Source: Gammaproteobacteria bacterium
GTDB taxonomy: Bacteria > Pseudomonadota > Gammaproteobacteria > CAJXQU01
Assembly: GCA_965238175.1 (NCBI GenBank)
Contig: CBDEGZ010000003.1
Location: 1,856,001-1,920,000 of the forward strand
Reading direction: 5' to 3'
Length of the DNA: 64,000 nucleotides
Shown here: piece after piece, positions 20,563 through 30,464 of the stretch
Layout of the letters: the number at the start of each line of letters is the position of its first letter
How positions within the stretch are numbered: position 1 is the stretch's first letter
Made by a program: the position numbers and the translations under genes
Notes under the pieces: generated by a model
Databases searched by the model: none
Told to the model about the DNA's origin: nothing
Seen by the model: only the letters and a program-made list of their open reading frames with translations

Positions 20563-22086
20563 CTAAGGAAGTTGTTTTCTTTTTGCAATTAAAGTGATAA
20601 GAGCACTTGCAAACAGCCATATGCCACCAGGAATTGGTACTGCTGAGGTCTGCCAGGCAAGTGCATAGTCATGATCAAAATTTTCATCTGAGGCTGTTAC
20701 ATCAATTCGGTAGTCGCCTATTTGATCGAGTAGAACCCAGATATTCTCGGTGTTATCGATAGTGCTGTTAGAGCTTGCAATTAAGGTATCAGTTAAATCA
20801 GGATTGATAAAATAGAGTGCAAGGTTTAGATCGTAAAGTGTTGCGGTAAAATCTGAGAATTGATCACCAGTTGAGTCAGCTTCAGTCTCAAAGGCAAGAT
20901 TCCAGACTAATGAAGCCGCAAACATGGCCATATCATCTGCAAGGCTGAATTCGTACGATGTTGTAGTATTACTACTATTTTCACCTCCAAATGACTCGAC
21001 ATAATCAAAACCCGTTGTACCAACATTACCAGCTTCCTGTTCTTCGGCTGCGAGGATCTTATAGCTATTATTAATATTTAATTGACCTGCACCAAAGCGA
21101 CTATCAAGGCCATTGTTTGTTTCGTTGCCCGCAGTACTACGATAATCATTAATATTTGGTCTACCGTCTGAATTAGAAGTGGTACGACTTGCACCGGCCA
21201 TCAGTACGGATTTAATCACTTCTGACCGCTCAGCATTGTAGATGGTTTTCCCATTAATCGTTTCAGCAGTTCCTTGTGCTTGATCATGCCCATAACCAAC
21301 CAGTAAAGCGGCGGCTGAAGCAACTCTGGGTGTTGCAGCACTATGAGTGGTTTCTGGTACAACGATGTCTGGTCTAGCTCTTTGAGTTGAATTGTAGACT
21401 CCACCTAAATTAACGGCTGTTGGTGGGCCACTTGCATCTGTACGGCCAACGGCAATTACGTTGAAGGCCGTACCATTTATTGGAACGGTGGTACTTGCGG
21501 TAACGATATTTTGTTCATCTTGATCAACACTCCAATCGATTCTACTCAATATATCAATGGCTTCAGGGAAATCCCCACTACTAACACTGCCTTCATAGCT
21601 ATGATTGGAGACTCGAATATTAGAGGTTGCAGGATTATTTACTGTTCCAGAATTAAGATAACCATTTTCTAACCAATGATCTGCTGCAAAAACATGTACC
21701 TCAGAGACACCTGGAGCAGTTGATTGAGTGGGGCCATAAAATCTTTGAGCTGAACCAGAAGCATGGCCAGAAAAATCTGTGGAAGCACCCAATGATGAAG
21801 AATGATCGTAGCCTGTCGGTGGAGCTGGTGAGGTATTATCATCGCGATAGTTTTTGAAGGCTTTATCGGGTCTATATGTACAATCACCGGGAGAAGTTTC
21901 TATATTACAACCACTACCGGTAAATGCCTCGACAATCCCTACTGAAACCCCAGTTCCATCGGGGGTTGAACTGCCTAGTTCAGTTTGTAATTGGGTATAA
22001 GCAATATCGTCAAATAAGGTCGCAGAACTCAGCAGGGGAAAGCTAAGGAAACACGAAAATATAAAAAGGCGATTTGTTTTATCCAT
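20563..22086 (-). CDS. Secreted subtilase (S8)-like protein with a VPLPA/PEP-CTERM-type sorting signal
   Basis: Signal peptide; G.GVSVGIVE, SGHA, NVIAVG, RPDIVVP, HSAATP.VASAAALL and FGAGQLN. C-terminal AVPIPGGIWLFASALITLIAKRK. Confidence 0.75.
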   Translation of the reverse strand: MDKTNRLFIFSCFLSFPLLSSATLFDDIAYTQLQTELGSSTPDGTGVSVGIVEAFTGSGCNIETSPGDCTYRPDKAFKNYRDDNTSPAPPTGYDHSSSLGASTDFSGHASGSAQRFYGPTQSTAPGVSEVHVFAADHWLENGYLNSGTVNNPATSNIRVSNHSYEGSVSSGDFPEAIDILSRIDWSVDQDEQNIVTASTTVPINGTAFNVIAVGRTDASGPPTAVNLGGVYNSTQRARPDIVVPETTHSAATPRVASAAALLVGYGHDQAQGTAETINGKTIYNAERSEVIKSVLMAGASRTTSNSDGRPNINDYRSTAGNETNNGLDSRFGAGQLNINNSYKILAAEEQEAGNVGTTGFDYVESFGGENSSNTTTSYEFSLADDMAMFAASLVWNLAFETEADSTGDQFSDFTATLYDLNLALYFINPDLTDTLIASSNSTIDNTENIWVLLDQIGDYRIDVTASDENFDHDYALAWQTSAVPIPGGIWLFASALITLIAKRKQLP

Positions 22087-22196
22087 TTAAGCCTGAATTA
22101 TAGTGAATACAACATTATTGTATTGTAAGGTTGTATTTTAGTCCATATGTAAGTGATCACATTAAGAACACATAGTACATATTTGACTATCTCTGT

Positions 22197-22238
22197 TCTA
22201 GCTACGTAAACACAAAAGGAAGTGAGTACGTAGCTAGA
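22197..22238 (-). terminator. Hairpin downstream of pntB
   Basis: Perfect 12-bp arms TCTAGCTACGTA / TACGTAGCTAGA, 18 nt past the pntB stop; no clear U-tract. Confidence 0.4.
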
Positions 22239-22256
22239 GCTAGAGATTGAAGTTGA

Positions 22257-23654
22257 TCATGCGCCTAATGCTTTGTTGATTTCATCCATCATTACTTTTG
22301 CATCCCCGAATAGCATCCGCGTATTGTCGAGATAAAACAATGGGTTATCAACGCCAGCATAACCCGATGCCATACCTCGTTTCATAACGATGGATGTCTT
22401 ACCCTTCCAGCATTCTAAAACAGGCATGCCGGCAATTGGGCTATTTGGATCGGTGAGAGCTGCTGGGTTAACAATGTCATTTGCACCGATAACGATAGAA
22501 ACATCGATATCAGGGAAGTCTTCATTAATCTCATCCATTTCAAAGACAATGTCATATGGAACATGTGCTTCTGCAAGTAACACATTCATATGCCCCGGCA
22601 TACGGCCAGCCACAGGATGGATCCCAAAACCAACTTCAACACCTTTTCCTTTGAGTAGCTTAGTAACTTCATTTACAGAGTGCTGCGCCTGCGCTACAGC
22701 CATACCATAGCCAGGGATGATCATGACTTTTTTTGCATCTAACAACATTTGAGCAACTTCAGTTGCCTCGATCGGAAAAACCTCACCGGCTTCTTCTTGA
22801 TCACCTGATGGGCCACTTGTCGGTGTACCGAATCCACCGGCGATAACGCTAAAGAAGTTTCGATTCATAGCGCGACACATGATGTAACTTAGAATTGCGC
22901 CGCTACTACCAACTAATGCACCAGTTACGATTAATAAATCATTGTTCAACATAAATCCGGTTGCTGAAGCAGCCCAACCAGAATAGCTGTTGAGCATTGA
23001 AATGACGACAGGCATATCTGCACCACCAATAGCCATTACCATATGAACGCCAATGAGTAATGCTACAATTGTCATCAAGATCATAGGGGTTAAACCTCCA
23101 CCCTCTACATTTGCGTCCACAAAACAAAAGGCAAGGTAAAAAACGATCAGAAGTGCGACCAAATTCAGCCAATGCCGAGCCGGTAACATGATTGGTTTGC
23201 CATCAATCTTACCACTAAGTTTTCCAAATGCGATGACGGATCCCGAGAATGTTAATGCACCGATAAAAACACCGATATAGGTTTCTACATCGTGGATGGA
23301 TTTTTCTATACCGGCAAGGGTATGAGAATGATCGGAAAAATTAGCATAACCAACCAGAACGGCCGCGAGGCCTACCAGACTATGAAGAATAGCCACTAGT
23401 TCAGGCATTTCCGTCATTTGTACTCTATTAGCGAGAAACAAACCTCCTGCACCACCTAATATCATCGCTAGAATGAGTGCCCAGTAGCTCGTGACTGCAC
23501 CACTTAATACGGTTGCAACTATTGCGATTGCCATTCCGATCATGCCGAAATAATTACCACGACGTGCTGACTCCTGTTTACTTAACCCACCTAACGCCAA
23601 AATGAACAGAATAGTGGCTGTGATATATGAAATTGTTACGATTCCTTGATTCAT
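22257..23654 (-). CDS. pntB: NAD(P) transhydrogenase beta subunit
   Basis: [39 protein letters not shown] and GANDIVNP. Confidence 0.97.
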   Translation of the reverse strand: MNQGIVTISYITATILFILALGGLSKQESARRGNYFGMIGMAIAIVATVLSGAVTSYWALILAMILGGAGGLFLANRVQMTEMPELVAILHSLVGLAAVLVGYANFSDHSHTLAGIEKSIHDVETYIGVFIGALTFSGSVIAFGKLSGKIDGKPIMLPARHWLNLVALLIVFYLAFCFVDANVEGGGLTPMILMTIVALLIGVHMVMAIGGADMPVVISMLNSYSGWAASATGFMLNNDLLIVTGALVGSSGAILSYIMCRAMNRNFFSVIAGGFGTPTSGPSGDQEEAGEVFPIEATEVAQMLLDAKKVMIIPGYGMAVAQAQHSVNEVTKLLKGKGVEVGFGIHPVAGRMPGHMNVLLAEAHVPYDIVFEMDEINEDFPDIDVSIVIGANDIVNPAALTDPNSPIAGMPVLECWKGKTSIVMKRGMASGYAGVDNPLFYLDNTRMLFGDAKVMMDEINKALGA

Positions 23655-23664
23655 TATCTTCCCC

Positions 23665-25200
23665 TTATTTTCTGAACATTTCTAACATTCTGCGCGTTAC
23701 ACCGAACCCGCCAAAAATGTTAATGCTTGTTATAAATATGGCAATGAATGCAAGAAAAGTAATTGCCCCTCCTGATGAAACTTGTACTAATGCGCCGATG
23801 ATGATGATGCTACTGATAGCATTGGTAACACTCATCAAAGGGGTATGTAGCGCTGGAGCAACATTCCATATGACCATATAGCCGATAAAGCAGGCCAGGA
23901 CAAAAACGGTAAAGTGAGACATAAAAGATTCTGGTGCAACGGCCCCTAACCAAAGTAGAAGCGAGCCCGCGATTGCAACAGGTAGTACTTTTTGCCAGAT
24001 TGGTTTTTCTTCAGGTTCAATTTCGACAGGCGCTGGAGTTGCGGCAGGTTTTGCTTGCGCAGGGGTTGCAGATAATTTTGGAGTCGGTGGTGGCCAGGTA
24101 ATAGATCCCTCTTTGATTACTGTTGCACCACGAATGGCCTCATCTTCCATATCAATGTTAATCACGCCATCTTTTTCGGGTGTCATATCCGTCAACAAGT
24201 GACGAATATTGGTTGCATAGAGTTGACTGGATTGCGTTGGTAAGCGACTCGGTAGATCTGTATAACCAATGATATTGACGTTATGTTTATTGACGATCTT
24301 ACCAGGTTCAGTAAATTCACAGTTACCGCCTTGTTCAGCTGCTAAATCAACAATAACACTGCCATCTTTCATACTTTTCACCATTTCTTTGGTGATCAGT
24401 TTTGGGGCTGGTTTACCAGGAATAAGTGCTGTAGTGATGATGATATCAACTTCTTTAGCTTGCTCCGCGAAAAGAGCCATTTCAGCTTCAATGAATTCTT
24501 TACTCATTGTTTTGGCGTAGCCACCTTCACCGCTAGCATCTTCTTCGAAATCAAGCTCTAAGAACTCTGCATCCATACTTTCTATTTGTTCTTTTACCTC
24601 TGGTCGGGTATCGAAAGCGCGAACTATAGCGCCAAGACTTTTTGCCGTACCAATCGCAGAAAGACCCGCTACACCAGCACCGATAATCATTACTTTTGCT
24701 GGTGGGATTTTACCAGCGGCGGTAATTTGGCCAGTAAAAAATCGGCCAAAGTTCTCCGCAGCTTCAATCACCGCACGGTAACCTGCGATATTGGCCATTG
24801 AACTTAATGCATCCATTTTTTGTGCCCGCGAAATACGTGGAACACTGTCCATTGCGAGGATATTGACGTTCTTTTTAGCTAATTTGGCCATTAATTCTTC
24901 ATTTTGTGCCGGCCAAATAAAACTGATCATGGTTTGGCTATCTTTCAACTTCTCGACTTCATCACCAGAAGGAGGGCGAACTTTGATGACGATATCTGCT
25001 TTATCCCATAAGGATTTTGCGTCACGTCGAATTGAAACACCGGCTTCACGATATGCAGCGTCAGAGAAATTTGCAGCAATGCCAGCACCTGACTCTACAG
25101 CAACTTCGAATCCTAATTTGATCAATTGTTGCGCGACATCTGGTGTTGTCGCAACACGGTTTTCACCAGGAAATATTTCCTTTGGTATGCCAATCTTCAT
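23665..25200 (-). CDS. pntA: NAD(P) transhydrogenase alpha subunit
   Basis: [27 protein letters not shown] and [13 protein letters not shown]. Confidence 0.97.
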   Translation of the reverse strand: MKIGIPKEIFPGENRVATTPDVAQQLIKLGFEVAVESGAGIAANFSDAAYREAGVSIRRDAKSLWDKADIVIKVRPPSGDEVEKLKDSQTMISFIWPAQNEELMAKLAKKNVNILAMDSVPRISRAQKMDALSSMANIAGYRAVIEAAENFGRFFTGQITAAGKIPPAKVMIIGAGVAGLSAIGTAKSLGAIVRAFDTRPEVKEQIESMDAEFLELDFEEDASGEGGYAKTMSKEFIEAEMALFAEQAKEVDIIITTALIPGKPAPKLITKEMVKSMKDGSVIVDLAAEQGGNCEFTEPGKIVNKHNVNIIGYTDLPSRLPTQSSQLYATNIRHLLTDMTPEKDGVINIDMEDEAIRGATVIKEGSITWPPPTPKLSATPAQAKPAATPAPVEIEPEEKPIWQKVLPVAIAGSLLLWLGAVAPESFMSHFTVFVLACFIGYMVIWNVAPALHTPLMSVTNAISSIIIIGALVQVSSGGAITFLAFIAIFITSINIFGGFGVTRRMLEMFRK

Positions 25201-25348
25201 TGATGTTCCCCTATGATTTACTTCTTGAATGGGTTGTTTTTATTATTTTTATTTTATTGTTTTATTCCTTACACACTGATGCTTTAGAGATTAAGCTCTA
25301 ATTCTAACTGAGAGGTGGGATCTTCTACAACCAGGTTGTTCTAAATGC

Positions 25349-25546
25349 TTATCCTTTGACCATTATGATCAAGACATAAACAAATAGCGCTATACCACCG
25401 ATTACAGCTGCGAAAGTTAACCAGTCTTGGTTACTGCCCTTAGGACTTTCTTTCCACATCCTTTTTGCGCTTGGCAAGATGTAAAGAAACATTGCAATGA
25501 TGAAGGCTGCTTGCGCTACGAGAAGCCAATCAAATGATTCTGTCAT
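25349..25546 (-). CDS. Small two-TM membrane protein
   Basis: 65-aa ORF with two hydrophobic helices, co-oriented between yccA and pntA. Confidence 0.65.
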   Translation of the reverse strand: MTESFDWLLVAQAAFIIAMFLYILPSAKRMWKESPKGSNQDWLTFAAVIGGIALFVYVLIIMVKG

Positions 25547-25592
25547 TTAAATTTTTTATTATGTTGAACAAATAAACTGATCGTGTAAAAAA

Positions 25593-25620
25593 TAAAAACC
25601 TCGGGTATCCGAGGTTTTTA
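25593..25620. terminator. Rho-independent terminator of yccA (bidirectional form)
   Basis: TAAAAACCTCGG-GTAT-CCGAGGTTTTTA. Confidence 0.8.
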
Positions 25621-25628
25621 TAAATTAA

Positions 25629-26297
25629 TTACTCGTCACTAAATACCCCAAGAATATGCAGTAGACTCGTAAATATATTGTATATGCTGAGGTAGAGACC
25701 AACCGTTGCATTGATATAGTTTGTCTCACCACCACGAATAATACGGCTAGTATCGTAGAGTATGAATCCTGACATAACCATAATTATGGCTGAGCTAAGA
25801 GCCAGACTTAATGCTGGGATCTTTAAAAACAAGTTAAGCAACGATGCACCGAGGATGACTAAAAAACCTGTAATTAAAAATCCCCCTAAAAAGGTGAAGT
25901 CTTTTTTGGTAGTCAAGACATAGCTAGAAAGTGCAAGGAAAATAACGCCTGTACCTCCAAGGGCAGTCATGACTATTTGTCCGCCATTATTCATTTGCAG
26001 GTAATATGTCAACATTGGGCCAAGACTAAAACCAAGTAAGCCCGTTACTGCAAAAACTACACCTATACCCGCGGCCGAATTAGCGGTTTTAGGCAATACA
26101 AACCAGATCAGAGCGATGGCACCGATGCTTGAAGCTAAGCTCATGCCGCGTGATGGCATAACTTGCATAGATATCCAGGCAGTAACTGCACTAAACAATA
26201 GAGTTAATGCAAGTAACATGTAGGTGTTTTTCAATACTTTATTTGTTGCAAGTATCGACTCTGAAGAACGTGTGACAACTGATTGCGGTGAATTCAT
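25629..26297 (-). CDS. yccA: Bax inhibitor-1/YccA family membrane protein
   Basis: NKVLKNTY.LL, GPML..Y, ILYDTSRII.GGETNYI.AT..LY..IYN.F. Start at ATG 26297 behind GGAG. Confidence 0.9.
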   Translation of the reverse strand: MNSPQSVVTRSSESILATNKVLKNTYMLLALTLLFSAVTAWISMQVMPSRGMSLASSIGAIALIWFVLPKTANSAAGIGVVFAVTGLLGFSLGPMLTYYLQMNNGGQIVMTALGGTGVIFLALSSYVLTTKKDFTFLGGFLITGFLVILGASLLNLFLKIPALSLALSSAIIMVMSGFILYDTSRIIRGGETNYINATVGLYLSIYNIFTSLLHILGVFSDE

Positions 26298-26446
26298 CTT
26301 TAAATTATCTCCTTCTAAATGACTGTACATAATACCAACTTTTATAGAATACCACATCGGCGGCTCTCTAAAAATCTATATATGGTCACAAAAAGTTTAT
26401 TCAAGAACTTGAGTTGTAGGAAACCGTTGATTACAGAATAACCTAA

Positions 26447-26631
26447 GGGCTGTCCTAGATAACTAAAAAATCTAGGATAGTTAGATGAGACGGAGTAGTT
26501 TAAATCACTATAAACAAACTCGATTAATTGAATTATTTATTGCCGGTGACCTTTCCCCCAAATTTAAGACCACAGCAAGCTATTATTTTCAGCATTTGCG
26601 GATGAATTAGCCTAGTTATCTAGGACGGACC
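26447..26631 (+). mobile_element. Internally deleted IS1016-like element (IS1595 family), 185 bp, MITE-sized
   Basis: Terminal IRs GGGCTGTCCTAGATAACTA / TAGTTATCTAGGACGGACC (17/19 match). Flanking 9-bp direct repeat ATAACCTAA (26438-26446, 26632-26640). Internal remnant MRRSSLNHYKQTRLIELFIAG...TTASYYFQHLR resembles the IS1016 transposase N-terminus. Confidence 0.85.
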
Positions 26632-27310
26632 ATAACCTAATTGAGGATGGGAAGTGTTTATAGTTGATTTTCCCAGGTATTGTTTTTATTACAACTGCAA
26701 GCCTGAACTGTTCAATTTCCCATTCCAAAAGGAAAGGTGCTTTACTATCATGAAGCAATGAAAGAACGGAAATATCCTTAAAGACTGTCCGAACTTGTTC
26801 GGACAAAGGAAGGGTTTTGTAATAAGCCTCTTTTGCACACCAAGTGCGGTAGAAAATTTCTGTTTGCTTTTCTGCTGATTTAGAAAGGTATTCGAGTTCT
26901 TCTTCATTCATAAACATTTCAGCTAAATCATGAAGGTTACGTTGTTTGATGGTTTCTAAATCGATACCGACTGGAGAATCTGCGATCGCGAAACAGATTA
27001 GTTCATTGCTGTGACTTAGGCTAATGAAAATATTTTTCGGCAAGTTTTTAACTTCAGGAGTGGAATTTGGGCGTTCAATAAACTCCCAGTTATTTTCCTG
27101 GACAAAAAAATGTTGACTAAGCGCATGGCGCATAAGTGCACGGCTTAGCAAAAATTCTCGACGTTTAGGTGCGCTCTTTGTTAATTGAAGTCTTTTTTTT
27201 TCAGAGAAGGAAAGTAGGTGCTTAGTTTGTTGCTCTATCAAGCTCGACTCAACTCCAACTCTAGAAAACCAGAGCTGGAGTGAGTTGGGAGCTAAGTTAC
27301 TACTCAGCAA
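26612..27310 (-). CDS. 4'-phosphopantetheinyl transferase (Sfp-type) of the APE cluster
   Basis: ISLSHS, VGIDLE and FYRTWCAKEAYYK. Confidence 0.9.
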   Translation of the reverse strand: MLSSNLAPNSLQLWFSRVGVESSLIEQQTKHLLSFSEKKRLQLTKSAPKRREFLLSRALMRHALSQHFFVQENNWEFIERPNSTPEVKNLPKNIFISLSHSNELICFAIADSPVGIDLETIKQRNLHDLAEMFMNEEELEYLSKSAEKQTEIFYRTWCAKEAYYKTLPLSEQVRTVFKDISVLSLLHDSKAPFLLEWEIEQFRLAVVIKTIPGKINYKHFPSSIRLWSVLDN

Positions 27311-27734
27311 GCTTAACGACTTCTCCTTGTAATGCTACGCCTGCTATAATGTTTCCTGCGTGGCATTCAAATTCATTATTGCTTGAGAACTTGTCTTTTT
27401 TATAATAACTAACGATATTGATGACCGCATTACCACCTTCAGTTTTCACACGATCTTGTAGAGAGATCAGTGCCGAGAGAAGAACCCATCGACAAGCTTT
27501 ATCATCGCTTTTACCAAAAGCATTAGTTTTTTTATTTGTGACGAACTTACCAAAAGAGTTTGCGACCTTTTGATGTTTTTGATCACCAAAATAAAACTTA
27601 ATATTAGGATCTAATTGATCTTTAAAATCTGAAGATTGAAGTGCTTCTTCAATGGGTAACAGGAGCTTAGTATCTCTAGGGTAAACCTGAAAAGATATTA
27701 AGAACAAGATAGTTGTTATAGCTATAAATTTCAC
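27300..27734 (-). CDS. Secreted APE-cluster-associated protein (family often misannotated 'excinuclease ATPase subunit')
   Basis: Signal peptide from GTG 27734; motifs TNKKTNAFGKSD..AC.W, GGNAVINI.SYY and ECHAG. Confidence 0.7.
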   Translation of the reverse strand: MKFIAITTILFLISFQVYPRDTKLLLPIEEALQSSDFKDQLDPNIKFYFGDQKHQKVANSFGKFVTNKKTNAFGKSDDKACRWVLLSALISLQDRVKTEGGNAVINIVSYYKKDKFSSNNEFECHAGNIIAGVALQGEVVKLAE

Positions 27735-27882
27735 TTGTTGATTTTCCTTTTGAGGACACACTATTTTATTAAATATGGCCTGATTATATGTGATATTATT
27801 AGTCGGTTCAATGTGGTTTGAATTTTGCTTTTTGCAAAGTATATTTCGATCTAAAACTAATGAATCAGACGGAGATATCGAA

Positions 27883-28614
27883 GTGGTAAGTTTTCAGCTT
27901 GAAACTTGGTCTGCAATGGCGCCTGGGCTAAATACGATAGATGACTGGCAAGATTGGCTTGATAGTCCGAGGGCGATTGAAGAACCGCTAGGAAAAGTTT
28001 CGTTGAAAGAGATCCCTCCATTGTTGCGTAGACGTTTTAGTACGCCAGGTAAATGTGCGCTGGGAGCGGCATTACCTATCCTTGAGGATGGAGAGATGAT
28101 TCCAAGTATTTTTGCATCCAGACACGGTGATAGCGCGTTAACATTATCGTTATTAAGTGCTATTGGTCGGAATGATACAATGTCTCCTACAGGATTTAGC
28201 CTTGCGGTTCACAATGCGGTTAGCGGTTTGTTTTCAATTGCGCGAAAAGATACAAGTGAAGTAACGACGATTGCAGCGATGGAAGGGTTAGTATTACAAG
28301 CATTAATTGAAGCAGTAGGACAGTTAAAGGTTTCCAAGAGGGTACTTTGTGTTATTTATGATACTCCCCTTCCTGACCCTTATAGCCGTTGCACGACCAG
28401 CGATCTATTTCCCTATGCTATCGCCATTATTTTAACGCGTACAAGTGGTGGTAAATACCATTTAGAGCGAGGCAGTAGTGGTGTTCCAGATAGAACGTTT
28501 CTGCCAGCAGAATTAGGTAGTGAACCTCTTCGTTTTATTGAGATGTTGGCTGGAAGAACAACAGCGATGGTATCTGAATTGAATGGAGCTGCTTGGCGAA
28601 TAGTGCAAGGTTAA
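27883..28614 (+). CDS. Beta-ketoacyl synthase chain-length factor (ApeC-like)
   Basis: PPLLRRR, FASRHGD and SPTGFSLAVHNA; non-catalytic KS N-terminal-like. Start GTG 27883 after GGAG (track start 27790). Confidence 0.85.
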   Translation: MVSFQLETWSAMAPGLNTIDDWQDWLDSPRAIEEPLGKVSLKEIPPLLRRRFSTPGKCALGAALPILEDGEMIPSIFASRHGDSALTLSLLSAIGRNDTMSPTGFSLAVHNAVSGLFSIARKDTSEVTTIAAMEGLVLQALIEAVGQLKVSKRVLCVIYDTPLPDPYSRCTTSDLFPYAIAIILTRTSGGKYHLERGSSGVPDRTFLPAELGSEPLRFIEMLAGRTTAMVSELNGAAWRIVQG

Positions 28615-28623
28615 TTTCTGAAA

Positions 28624-29394
28624 TTGCTTGCGAAAATAAAGTATGGATGGCGATGGTTTGCAACCGCATTTAGCTTTTTTATATTTGGTCTTGGAGGTAT
28701 TTTAATACCACTAATTATAGTACCAGTATTGTATTTATTGATTAGGGATGATGTGCAACGAGAGCAGCTAGGACAGCAATTTATCCATTGTTTATTTTAT
28801 GTTTATATTAGATTGATGAAGTTTATGGGTGTGTTGACTTACGAGGTTAGCGGAATAGAAAAGCTAAAAGATTCTAAGTTGATTGTAGCAAATCATCCTT
28901 CATTGATAGATGTTGTTTTTCTAATATCTTTTGTGCCAAATGCCAACTGTATAGTTAAGAATAAATTAGCTCGCAACCCCGTGATGATGGGTGCGCTAAA
29001 AGTGGCAGGATATATAGTAAATGATGATGTTGCCGAGGATGTGGTTACCTCGGCAGCTAAAGCATTTGAGAAAGGGCATGCCTTGATTGTTTTTCCGGAA
29101 GGAACGCGCACAACACCTGCACAACAAATGGAACTTAAAAGAGGTGCTGCAAACATAGCAATAAGAACAGAAGTGGATGTTACACCAATATTGATTGAGT
29201 GCGAACCGACAACACTTACGAAGGCTGATCGTTGGTATCAGATTCCGGATAGACGAGCACATTTCCGGATACAGGTTAAAGATAAAATAAAAATAGGTAA
29301 GTACTTGGGTGATATAAAGCCGGCAAAGGCTGCACGGGTACTGACAAATGATTTAAGTAATTATTTTAAACAGGAGCTAGGACTGCATGAGTAA
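28624..29394 (+). CDS. Lysophospholipid acyltransferase (ApeD-like)
   Basis: ANHPSLID and FPEGTRT. Confidence 0.9.
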   Translation: MLAKIKYGWRWFATAFSFFIFGLGGILIPLIIVPVLYLLIRDDVQREQLGQQFIHCLFYVYIRLMKFMGVLTYEVSGIEKLKDSKLIVANHPSLIDVVFLISFVPNANCIVKNKLARNPVMMGALKVAGYIVNDDVAEDVVTSAAKAFEKGHALIVFPEGTRTTPAQQMELKRGAANIAIRTEVDVTPILIECEPTTLTKADRWYQIPDRRAHFRIQVKDKIKIGKYLGDIKPAKAARVLTNDLSNYFKQELGLHE

Positions 29395-29662
29395 ACTGCA
29401 CCGCGAACTTAAACAGATGATAATAGAAGTTTTGGATCTGGAAGATGTTGAGATTGACGAAATTATAGATAATGAGCCTCTATTTGTCGATGGTTTAGGG
29501 TTGGATTCTATCGATGCATTGGAGATCGGTCTTGCCTTACAAAAACGTTATGGAATTAAATTGAAATCTGATTCAGAAGAAACTCGACGGTACTTTGCCA
29601 GTATTAATGCACTGGTTGGGTTAATCGTATCTCATGGTTCTAACCAAACCGGACAAAATTAA
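29387..29662 (+). CDS. Acyl carrier protein (ApeE-like)
   Basis: GLGLDSIDALE. Confidence 0.92.
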   Translation: MSKLHRELKQMIIEVLDLEDVEIDEIIDNEPLFVDGLGLDSIDALEIGLALQKRYGIKLKSDSEETRRYFASINALVGLIVSHGSNQTGQN

Positions 29663-29674
29663 GTAGAGAGAATT

Positions 29675-29923
29675 ATGAAAAATCAGGAAGAAATTCTTAA
29701 TAATATTGTGTTGCTTTTCGGAGAGTTGTTCGAAACTGATCCTGAAAAAATAAAATTAGAATCTAATCTATATCGAGATCTTGATATAGATAGTATTGAT
29801 GCCGTAGATTTGGTTGTTGAGTTAAAAAAAATGACAGGCAAAAAAATTCAGCCCGATGATTTCAAAGCAGTGCGTACCGTTCAGGATATCGTTGAACAAG
29901 TAGATAAATTACTAAACGGTTAA
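29675..29923 (+). CDS. Acyl carrier protein (ApeF-like)
   Basis: DLDIDSIDAVDL and FKAVRTV.D. Confidence 0.92.
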   Translation: MKNQEEILNNIVLLFGELFETDPEKIKLESNLYRDLDIDSIDAVDLVVELKKMTGKKIQPDDFKAVRTVQDIVEQVDKLLNG

Positions 29924-30462
29924 TGTTAAAGGCTGTAGTTATTGTTCTATCCTTATGCTATCCCTTTATTATCTATTGGGGTTTACAACAGTACGACGCT
30001 AGAATTTTGTTACCAATATTGCTGGTGTTACTCAGTTTGAGATGGTTGCTTGGAGACGAATATTATGAGCGGAGGATTATCATTGCAACTTTGGTTGGTT
30101 TGATTGTTATTACCTTAACATATGGCTCTCAACTCGGACTAAAATTTTATCCTGTGATGATGAATCTTGGTTTTTTGATTCTATTCGGTAGTAGCGTGAT
30201 TTCTCCTCCTACCTTTGTTGAACATTTGGCTCGAATTAAGGAGCCTGACTTGCCACCAGAGGCTGTTAGTTATACGCGTAAAGTAACTTTAGTCTGGTGT
30301 GTATTCTTTTTCATCAATGGTGCGATTGCAGCTTTTACGGCCTTATATTGTACGGAGAAAGTCTGGCTGTTATATAACGGGTTTATTGCGTATATTCTTA
30401 TTGGTAGCCTGGTCTGTGGAGAGTTGATAGTTCGTCAGAGGATCAAAAAGAATCTGATCTAA
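29923..30462 (+). CDS. COG4648-type membrane protein (ApeG-like)
   Basis: Multi-TM; LKFYPV, YTRKVT.VW and W.LYNG.I.Y; position in the cluster. Confidence 0.8.
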   Translation: MLKAVVIVLSLCYPFIIYWGLQQYDARILLPILLVLLSLRWLLGDEYYERRIIIATLVGLIVITLTYGSQLGLKFYPVMMNLGFLILFGSSVISPPTFVEHLARIKEPDLPPEAVSYTRKVTLVWCVFFFINGAIAAFTALYCTEKVWLLYNGFIAYILIGSLVCGELIVRQRIKKNLI

Positions 30463-30464
30463 TT

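Noticed and set aside
26298-26446. Possible attL/attR copy of the tRNA-Ser 3' end at the left edge of the APE cluster
   Set aside because: No match to the tRNA 3' sequence found by eye and no integrase in the window.
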